Origin: Saccostrea echinata
Lineage: Eukaryota
DNA length: 64,000 nt
Assembly: GCF_033153115.1 (NCBI RefSeq)
Contig: NW_026889779.1
Coordinates: 7,316,001 to 7,380,000, forward strand
Direction: 5' to 3'
Shown one piece after another: positions 51,101-61,281 of this stretch; the stretch's first letter is position 1; the number at the start of each line of letters is the position of its first letter. The position numbers were made by a program, and so were the translations under genes. The notes beneath the pieces are model-generated. The model made no database searches. It was not told where the DNA came from and was given only the letters and a program-made list of their open reading frames with translations.

Positions 51101-54100
51101 AAGTCCTTGAAAATCATGGACTTAAATATGGAGATGAGTACAACATTTATCTACATTATTGCACATTTTCATTTGTAAGGAAGAGAACACTGACTTGGGT
51201 GAAAATTGTGCCCATGCCCCTCTCTCTCTCTTTTTTCCTTATTTGAATAATTATTTCAACAAGCGTTATACTTGTATCATTTTTGCATACATTTGATCTT
51301 GACAGGGTCAGTGCTACACTGCCCACAGGTCAGTTGTCCAATGTACCATGGAGAAGAACGGGTGTCAAATACACAAACAATGAAGCATACTTTGATGTGA
51401 TTGAGGAAATCGATGCCATCATTGATAAACAAGGAAACACAGTCATTGCAGAAGTCCAGGGATATGTAAGTGCTCACCATGACTAATCCGAGATTCCTCT
51501 GACTCTAACCCCTGCTTTTATATTGTGACATGTCCCCTGCACATGTCACTATATAAAAGCAGGGGATAGAGTCAGAGGAATCTTGGATTAAGTATGACAT
51601 GTGCTTTGTATAAACTTTCTACTGTGTATGCATTCATCTAAATATATATACTCATGTGAAGAAAAACACCCAGTCATTCAAAAGTGGGGGGGGGGGGGGG
51701 TTTGTGTTATACCTAAATTTTTTACACTTTAATGTCAAAGTCATGAAAATAAAAAAATAGATAAAATTGTCAATATTTATAGCACAGTAAATGCTTCAAG
51801 TTAATGAACTAGAGCTGTATGTTACAACATGTTTATTTCCTCTGATCTAATTACAGATAGATTGTTTGATTAAGTTAAGTGGGATGCCAGATTTGACCTT
51901 GTCCTTTGTTAACCCCCGACTCCTAGATGATATCAGCTTTCATCCATGTGTTCGGTATAAAAGATGGGAGGTAATAAAAATTTTTGTCATGCTTAATTTT
52001 TCTTTTTATGTAAATTTTATTGTAGTTATAACAGTTTTCTTGAACCTATCAATGTTCCAATTTATTGTAAATTTTTCATTTTCAGAGTGAAAAAGTTTTG
52101 TCATTTGTTCCCCCAGATGGAAATGTTCGATTAATATCATATCACATAGGATCAAATAAGTAAGTATCTATTAAAATGAAAAATGATAAATTTGATCTTG
52201 AAATGATATTTACTAATTTCAACAGTTAACCATAAAAATAACACAAATAATATATTAATATACATTCAAATTTATAAGGCTAAATTGTTTTGTTTTTGTT
52301 ACTTTTTTTTAAGGGGATGGGGTATTTCTTGCTTGTTTTAATTGAAAATTTTGGTCCTTTTTAATGTACATTGAATGCATGTTGTGTAGGAAGTTAGACT
52401 GTTGCACATAAAATATTAAATCTCAGCGCTTTATTCTGACTTTTTTCACAGTATGGTTGCTGTACCCCTGTATATAAGACATAATATTCAGTACAGGGAG
52501 GGCAGTGGAGGGAGGTTTGAAGTCACAATTGGACCAAAACAAACCATGGGAAAAGTGGTAAGACAAACTTATCTACTGAACATACAACTGCCAATTAATG
52601 CAGATAAATCACACTCATTGTATATGTGATGTACAGGTGTTATTTCAAATCTCTGAAAAAGTCTTTTGAGACATTTATAGAACCCAAGAGTATATCTTAC
52701 CCGGTAAACACTAAACTTAATTTACTGACATGTATTGGTACAGGTTAGGTTTTGACATTTGGTTGAATAAACTTTTGAGGTTTGAATTATATAACGATAA
52801 ATTTTATGATTGACATACAATGGGAGATTTTTGTAAAGGATGACTGCACTTAAGGACATGCGAAAATTGTGACAAAATAAACTTTCAAAACAAGCATTTT
52901 TCTTTTAATTGCACGAATGGTCAACATCTAATCTACAACTTTATGTAATTACATTAAATAAAAGTGCGTATTTACGAAGTACGAAGCTGTTTTCTAAGGC
53001 GGGGGTCATCACAATATCTTGAATCTCCGTTCGATAATGAGGACGCCCACTTTTTCACTGACTTTATACATAGTCAGCGCATGTTTGTCTATTGTTCTCC
53101 GTTTAACAGTAGTTGTATATTTGTATTAACAATGTTGTGTCAAAAGGAGATTAATAGACAAACATGCGCTCATGGTTTAAACGAGAAAAAACTGCTTCTT
53201 CTTACATTCGCTCTCTCTATTGTAACCAAGGGCTGTATCATGTTGAATATTATAATTCACCACGTGATTTCTTACCTCAGGTAAGTCTGTGAATACTAAA
53301 TTCCGTCACGTGACTTGTAAAGTAGCATGTTTTGTGCTAACTAGGACAAAGTGCTCGAACACGTTAAATTGTTAGGCATTGATTTAAAAGATTCTTTACT
53401 TACATGGACATCGCTCATATTGTTAATTTCGTTTTTGAAACCTCTGAACATAGTGTACTTGTGCCATACAGAATAAAGAGGGAATGGGAAAGAGTGATCT
53501 CGTATTTTTTTAATACATGTCATTGTTATTTATCTAGTCTAATTTTAGACCCATTCTTACAATATTAGCTCCACCTCTCATGCATACCTAATGTTTAATC
53601 AAGGGCAGGTAAGTGTAAATTCTCTATATTTGGAAAGAGTAAGGACAGAAAACATAGAATCATTTTATTGTATCACAGTCCAAGATCATTTTAATGTTTA
53701 AATTCGGCTCGAAATTGACAGGATTCTTTCATAAATATATAGAAATGAAATAAGATAATGATATAAAAGCAACAGAAGCGATCGAAAAAGACCCAAAACC
53801 CGGCGTTAAGTGCAGTCATCCTTTATTATTAAGTTCCTGGTGTAAGTAACATGTATTTATAATACATGTATATAATTTTTATCTCAAAATGGTAAATTCC
53901 AAAGGCATCATGCTCTTTATTTTGAGGTATGAAGTAGTCAAAAGCCTGTGGATTGCATATCCAAAATTCAGTTGAGTGCTTGTAATATCACTTTTGAAAA
54001 AGCTTTATTGATGAAATGCATGAAGGGAAAATACTGTAACAACTATATTTCCTTTGTTGCAGGTAGAAAACATTTCAATGGAGGTGCCCTTCCCAAAGTC

Positions 54101-56716
54101 AGTCCTGAATCTCACCCTGACACCCTCTCAAGGGAAGTACACCTTTGATCCTGTAGGTAAAATGCTCACCTGGGACGTAGGTAGAATGGATCCAACCAAA
54201 CTCCCAAGTATCAAAGGCAATGTAAGTAGTCTACAATTTCCAGTCTCTAACCAGAGTTATTGTTCCTTGTCATGCATAAACACATCTGTCAACTTCTTGT
54301 ATTTTAACATAACAATAATGACCCATGGGAAAAGTATTTTTATAGTGATATTTTTAAAACAATATATTTCATAGTTAAAACACAATTTCATCTGCAAAAA
54401 ATTCAGATTTTGTTAGAAAACAAATTTCCGTAATTTTTGAAGATCATAAAAAAAAGTATGACATCAGATACATAGCACTGAAAAACTACATGAAGACACT
54501 TTTTGAAATGTTGGTTCCAAGCGGGGCATATGTACTCATTAAAGCAGATTTTTTCCACATTGTTTTCTCCGCCTTGGACAATTTCAGTTTTGAAATTTGA
54601 TCACATGATTATTTATCAATTATATGACATTTAGCTATTCCATAGACATTGACAGAGATATGACAAGGAATGACAACTCTGCATGGATAGATATTGTATC
54701 TATTCAAATTCCCATTGAGAAGGGGTACATTTTTAAAAGTGGCACTTTGTTTAGCAAGAAGCATTGTAGGGGAATTTGCATACATCTTTTGTGACACTGA
54801 GATGTGAATGTTGAATTCTCTGAGTTTTTATAATTGATTACAGATAAGTCTACAGAGTGGTCATCCCATTCCAGAGTCAAACCCAACAATAAATGTAAGC
54901 CATTTTTTTTTCTTTTATACAGTGAAACTTGTCTAATCTGAATGTTGTGTATTCCAAAATCTTGTCTAATATGACTTAAACTTCAAGTCCCTTTCAGTGA
55001 TTTCAATTGTTTAAAATGTTGCCAAATCTGGAATGTTGTTAATCCAGCCAATTTCTTTGGAACCAGTGGTGGCCGGATTAGACAAGTTTTACTACATATA
55101 TGTAAATGATGCCATATTTAACCAATAAAATGCTTTCTTTGGTTGTTAGTACGGGAATTAATGTTGCAGCTGTTGCAGAAAAAATACATAACCCGCGTAA
55201 GGTTATGTAAATTTTTTCTGCAATATAGCTGTGACATTAATTCCCATACTAACAAACAAAGAAAGACATTTTATTGTATATATTTATATCTGCCTAAAAA
55301 AATCAAAGTAAAATGAAACACGTTAAATATTGTATTATAGATGTGTATGTCATGCATTGTATGCATAATTGACATGCATTGTATGCATAATTGATGGAAC
55401 AGCCTTTGCTCAAGAAATCTATGCAGGTGGCTAGTTTAGTGTTGTTTACTGACTGATGAACTGCAATGGTTTTCATAAGAAATAAAGGAAATGATATTAA
55501 GTAGATGTAAATATATGTAAATGATGCCTTTAAAATGAAATATGTACATTATTTTGCATCATATTGAGTGATGTAAGATTCTGTATTTTTGGTTCTCTGA
55601 ATCCTTGTAGATAAATTTCACAATTAGTCAGATGGCTATATCTGGGATCAAAGTTAACAGACTAGACATGTATGGAGAGGTAGGTCAAGCTAAAATGTGT
55701 ATTCTATTAATACAGACTTCCTGAAATAATATTTAATTTTACATTTTCTCTTTATCAAATTTGTACATTGCTTTATTACACTCCCTACAAATTTGGGGGT
55801 ATATTACAGTTAACTTGTCTGTCTTTCTGTGCTGTCTTGTCCAAACTAAAACTGGAAAGCTCATACTTCACAAAAAATTACTACTTCAGGTTTTGTACTA
55901 AACACCCTAACCTTTATCCAGGGTCATTTAGGCAAGTTTAGGACACTGGCAGAAAAAGTGCATATTCAGTTTTCTAATAGAGAACCATCGGTAGGTCATA
56001 TTTCACCAAGGTAATGTGTACCATTACCTTGACCTAAGGTCATTTGTACAAGGTCACGGGCAGAAAAATTCCTGTCCTATCTTGTAAGAGAGAAACATTA
56101 CTTATGGCCTGAGTGTGTGACATGACTTATACTACTTGTACCCAAGGTCATTTTGGTTAGTTCAATTTGTGTCTGGTCCACAACTTTCTTAAATTACAAG
56201 TGGGTTTTCATAGAAACAAAAAGATTGCCTGTTTACTTGAAGATGTGTCTTTAACTTTAATTCACTTGTGTTGTAACTTTGACTTCATTTGAGGAAGTTC
56301 AGGGTCAATAGCAAAAAAAAAGTTTAATATTGTGTTTGGTTCAAAACTTTCACAGAGAAAGAGAGCTTGGATGCAAGAATAAAAAAAATATAACAGGCGT
56401 ATAATTTTGTGACCTTGGTCTTAGTACCGACCTCTAGTTTAAATTGCTGTATATTCAGATTTAAATAGTTTTTTTGTATCTGTTTTATTTAAGAATCACA
56501 AATAATTTTACTGAATATAAACAAGTCATGGCTATATAGCAGCAATTTTTTTTATTTCTGTCCCCGTTTTATATTAAGGTTGGGAATGCTTTATACATAC
56601 AGGTCACTTTGATACATGAAATAACCATATTCTTGTTTCAATTTTTATAGAAATACAAACCATTCAAAGGAGTTAAATACATCACACGAGCTGGAAAGTT
56701 TCAGTTCAGGACGTAG
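46938..56716 (+). CDS. AP3M1: AP-3 complex subunit mu
   Basis: 13 exons: 46938-46972, 49158-49236, 49359-49464, 50197-50309, 50638-50762, 51306-51465, 51857-51970, 52086-52159, 52452-52557, 54063-54221, 54844-54894, 55611-55679, 56651-56716. Total 1257 nt = 418 aa + stop. Reads MIHSLFIIN..., LLDEMLDNGFP, PWRRTGVKYTNNEAYFDVIEEID, SFHPCVR, YKPFKGVKYITRAGKFQFRT. Confidence 0.97.
47951..48871 (+). repeat. Complete Helentron-associated interspersed element (HINE) carrying a Cg170-like satellite array of about 160-167-bp monomers, in AP3M1 intron 1
   Basis: TTTTTAGCTCACCTGAGCCGAAGGCTCAAGTGAGC left end, (GTC/GTT)n microsatellite, about 4.5 monomers (TCTCAAGAAC at 48211, 48378, 48536), and right end GGTGAGCGATGTGGCTCACGGGCCTCTTGT. 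Confidence 0.88.
51484..51590. repeat. 107-bp hairpin palindrome starting 18 nt after the AP3M1 exon 6 donor
   Basis: TAATCCGAGATTCCTCTGACTCTA..CCCCTGCTTTTATA / TATAAAAGCAGGGG..TAGAGTCAGAGGAATCTTGGATTA. Confidence 0.88.
52837..53822. mobile_element. Kolobok-like non-autonomous DNA transposon in AP3M1 intron 9
   Basis: Perfect 17-bp TIR AGGATGACTGCACTTAA / TTAAGTGCAGTCATCCT, flanked by degenerate TTAA (GTAA/TTAT). Confidence 0.8.
55780..56440. repeat. Degenerate HINE-like element in AP3M1 intron 12
   Basis: (GTCT) head, TGACCTAAGGTCATTT monomers, and terminal ACCGACCTCTAGT. Confidence 0.55.
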
Positions 56717-57418
56717 CCATTACAAATGTGGGTGGTATGACCTGGAGAACAATTTTTTTTATTGAAGGATGTGACAGAATGAAGTCAATCATACAATTAG
56801 TGATATATAATATACTGGTACTCATCTGATGTTGTGCAATTTATGTTCATACCATATTAATAATTTCATCAGGAACAATTCAGCAGTGGATTACAGAATT
56901 GAATTCCTGTATACTACGGCCTTTTTAGCTCAACTAAGTGAGCGTTTCTGATCACATTTTTCATTATTATTGTAATTGTTGTTCAAATATACTTAAAAAT
57001 TAAGATGTACGATATATTGTAGATGGCCAAAGTTACGGTTCAAATAATGGCTGTAACAGAATTATTGTTATTGTATAAAAGAAAAATGGAGTAAGTGCTA
57101 CATTTCAGATATTAAAATAATTTGTTTGTGTCAGTTTGACTTGATTTATTTTACAATGATTGACTAATAAGGTACTGTACATTTACTTAAAAAAGCAGGC
57201 TTCATATTTTAGCGGCTTTGGCGCAGACAATGATGCGCTAATTCATGAATATCGCTAAGAAATCATTTATAAATACAATATAAGGCACGGACATGTATAG
57301 CGCTAATTCACGATTTCGCCAACAACTCCATACTCAGTGATTGTGCTAAATTTTGAATATGCCAATTTATGTACACGTACAGATATCATACATGTACATA
57401 TATATTTATTGGTACATG

Positions 57419-57601
57419 TATTTAAGGAATGTTTTTAAGTTTTGTGTGAGTTATTGGTGTGTAAATCACACAGACTTGTCACGGAGGCATATTTCATTAA
57501 GCGTGCTAGCGCTTTATGAAAAATACATGTATGCCTACGTGGAAGTCTGTGTGATTTACACACCAATAATTCACACTAAACTTAAAAACATTCCTTATAT
57601 T
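57419..57601. repeat. Hairpin palindrome of about 180 bp
   Basis: TAAGGAATGTTTTTAAGTTT..TTATTGGTGTGTAAATCACACAGACTT / AAGTCTGTGTGATTTACACACCAATAA..AAACTTAAAAACATTCCTTA. Confidence 0.88.
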
Positions 57602-59206
57602 TACATTTTTCGTGTTCAAAGGCACCAAAAATATACTAATTCTTTGAATTATTCGCTGTCCTACATCGTTACATTTTTATTAACGTCTCTGTTGCTCATT
57701 GTGACATTACTTTAGCGCGAGTTTCTCCATGCATATTTCTACACGTGAGTATACACGAAAATGGCTTTCAAATCAATTTCACAGTTGGCTTAGTAGAAAA
57801 ACATAGCAAATGTAAACATTTCTTATTGTTTCTGATTTTGGTATTGGAGAATTAATATTAGGAAGAAACTTTGATACCCAGAGTAAACCTTTCACAAATA
57901 TTATTTTTATATGAACAAATTGTTGATTTGATAAAAACTGTGTTTGACACTACCCCCCCCCCCCACCCACCCACCCCCCCACCCCACCCCTACACTGTCT
58001 TTTCCTCTCTTTTTTTTAACACTATCAAACATCATACATAGATTGTAATATCATTTCATGACTTCACTGGGTTTTTTTTTAAATTATTGAATAATCTGCT
58101 TGAAATTTCAAAACTAAATTTTAACACAATGAGAAAAAAGAGCTTAAGTCCAAATTAGGTACATAAAAAGAAAAGTACATCCTTATTTTACTGATTTTGC
58201 CAAAAAAGTTTAAGCCCAAGAAAAGTACATTTTTAGTACAGTGAAAAAAGACTACTGTGGGAAAAAAACTTAATTCCAAATAAAGTACAATAAAGGACAT
58301 CAGCTTTCAGAGGCTATCTGGCCCAGTACAAAAAAAGGATACTTTTTCTGACCTTTATCTAAAATGCACAAATTGATATGGTACAAAAGTAGCATTAAAG
58401 TATACGTTTTTGTAATTTATTTGGTATGGGACTAGAAAATATTGAGTTTTCTGTTTATTACATTTCCTTTGATTTTCTCTTTGCCTTTGTCTTTTCATAA
58501 TGCACTGTCATATAGCTATAGGCTGTGATGTCATAGTTGAGCTGTTGAAAAGTCATAGCAATTGTGAGATTGAAAATAGATTTCAACAATATATTTGAAG
58601 AAACTTTGGCAGTTTTAGTCTCTGTCAGGATGGTTTATTTACTCTATCTTATAACATGCCAGGGAGTACTTTTTTACAACATTCTTCTTGAAGAGAAAGA
58701 AAGTTGAGTGTTTTGCTGCACTTCTGATATTCTGTCACACTGTGAAAGAATATTAATTTGATATTCTTTCATAGTGTGACTGAATATCTCTTTTATTCCA
58801 TAAAAAAAATTTACAGTATATCACTGTTGTAAATGTAATGAATTGAATTTCTCTTTTTGGCACAGATTTTGGCACAATGGAATCATTAAAAATAGAGAAA
58901 GCAGTGGTATATTTGGATGGAGTCAGTTTCTATTATACATTTTCACATAAATGTAGAATACTTCACAAACTGAGGATTGACAGGAAAATGATCAATGATC
59001 AATCTAATTCACATTTACAATGTAGGTCAAGTGGATTCTTTATACATGCTTACAACAGAGATTTGAGAGGTAATATGGCTCTCAATTAAGTGAGATTCAG
59101 AATTCCTCCATCTTTCATCCTTCCAATGAATTCCATTACATTGCACAAAACTTAGTAATATCACAGTACTGTGTTTATTGTGTAAACAGTGTTAGTAAGG
59201 CCTTAA

Positions 59207-61202
59207 TCAGAAATCTGGCACCCAACCACACCCTGTGCAGAGTTTATTGTTGCTATGGTGATCGTCCAGTTGCCGTGGACACACTTCCTGTTGGTGTAGG
59301 ACCTGAGATGGTAGATTTGTGTGGGTGGCATCACAGAAGGGTGGGTCCTTGGTGTACTTACAGGCACAGATCTGAAAAAGTCTCTGTTCTTTTGACACTG
59401 TCCACTTCAGTGGCTTAATCCCAGTGCCTTTATGGGATCCTAAGTAAAAATAATTGATTCTATCAATACCATCTTCATTAATTACCATCACACCAGAGCT
59501 GATAACCATGTAGAATAATTACCATCACACCAGGGCTGATTTTTACTCAGTCCACATGCACACCAAAGTTTGACATCACCTTTCTTGACACCAGAGACTG
59601 TGCAAGGACCATACTGAAAAATAGTTATAATAGATCACAAGACACAAAATATGTTTCTTACTTTTAAACTTTTTACATAATTATTTTCTTTAAGGATAAA
59701 TCATACTATGACAAAAATTGATTTATATTTTTTAAATGATTTTGAAAAAAAAAAAACATGACATAAATAATAAATTCCCATATAAATATAAAGAAATCAT
59801 ACATTAATTTCTGTATTCAAATATGTCACTTGTGCCATTTTCTACATAACTCTCTATCAGATTTCTGCACGTTATGAGATTATTACAAAATCTTAGATTA
59901 AAATTTCCGCACTTACTCTGTCAAACATTATATAAGTTACATGTATCTACATGAACATAATTCTGTTTTATATTGCCATGTAAACTTGGACCTCCTAGCC
60001 TAAGGGTGAATTGTATCTCCTTGCTAGAGTGGTTACATTTTCAGCAAATGTGAATTAATTTACATCACACAAAAGGGGCACATTAAATTTTATCATTTGT
60101 GGTTTTTAAAAAAGATTTTTAAAAGATCATTTTATTCCCCCCATTTTTAAAATACCATGAATGGAAGAGGGGCATTCAAGAAAGGAATTTAATCTCCTTC
60201 ACCAAAGGATGTAAAATTTGGTTCATATTTATCTGTAGTTCAAGAGAAGTAAGTGCTTATTGATAATTACCAGTAATCAATACCATTTGGAAAACAATCC
60301 TTTAAACAATGGAATAAAAACTAACATTTAGTGAGTGTAAATTGTCCTAGTTTTTGATTTACATTTTTTCAGACTGAATACACTGCAATATGAGATAATT
60401 CCTCTCAATAATGCATGGTTATCATTTATATTAGATCAAAGTTTCAATCTGACAACATTCTTTATTATAATATAATTATTTCTTGCATCTACAGTCAAAC
60501 CTTGTTATCGCGAACCCTGAATGGGACCAAGAAGTTAACTTCAGAGATATCCAATATGATTCAAAATATCAAGGTTAAAATACATAAAAGAAAAGTGGTT
60601 GTGACTGTTAAATCACTTCAACATATCCATTGTAGGTGAGATATTGAAGTTCTAGATAACAAAGTTCAACTGTATTTCATATGTACATGTAGGCCCTATA
60701 GCAAAATAAACACAAACATTTTATGACAACAGCTATACATAATTTTTACATTCTTGGAATGTATTATGTAGAGAAAATATATTTTATGTATGGAGATCGG
60801 GGGATGCCTTATTCTGCTAAAACATCATTTATCGACCTTTTTGCAAAAAAGGAAACCCAGATGAATTTATTTGATCTTTACTTTTTTTAAATAATCAGTA
60901 TTTTTATTATTTTGTTCAATTACCTTCACATAAAAGATAATAAAACACGTTCACTAAGAGGACCATTATCATATCTGGACCAGATTTCTTCCATGGAGGT
61001 CAAAAGGACCCCATGTGAAAGATGAACAGGTGCGAACACTGTTCAGACCGCTTACCGTTTGACAATTTAAACATGACGATGAACAACGTTCACCAACATT
61101 CTATATATACACACAATACATGGATCAACATATCAGACAAATTACCATTGCAACCGCAGGCAAATGTTTACTATCAGATTCTGGACCTGCCTTATTTGTC
61201 AT
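59207..61202 (-). CDS. CDGSH iron-sulfur domain protein, CISD3/MiNT-like (two CDGSH motifs, 126 aa)
   Basis: Exons 61202-61146, 59613-59523 and 59439-59207 (57+91+233 = 381 nt). Motifs WCACGLSKNQPWCDGSH and CACKYTKDPPFCDATH. Exon 1 is inferred from ATG, phase and donor. Confidence 0.88.
60492..60672. mobile_element. Tc1/mariner (pogo-like) MITE; relatives at about 5642-5780 and 54920-55094
   Basis: TA|CAGTCAAACCTTGTTATC ... GATAACAAAGTTCAACTG|TA. Confidence 0.72.
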
Positions 61203-61281
61203 TTCATATTCTTTGAATCATTGCACTGCAAATCCGGATGTTGTCAAGAAACATGTGCTACTTCCGGTTTGAAAATTGAAG
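61203..61281. promoter_or_regulatory. Compact bidirectional promoter / 5'UTR region between the CISD3-like gene and UCHL5
   Basis: Divergent ATGs 79 bp apart. ETS-type ACTTCCGG at 61260-61267, ATCCGGAT near 61232, and YY1-type AAGATGGCG overlapping the UCHL5 ATG. Confidence 0.7.
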
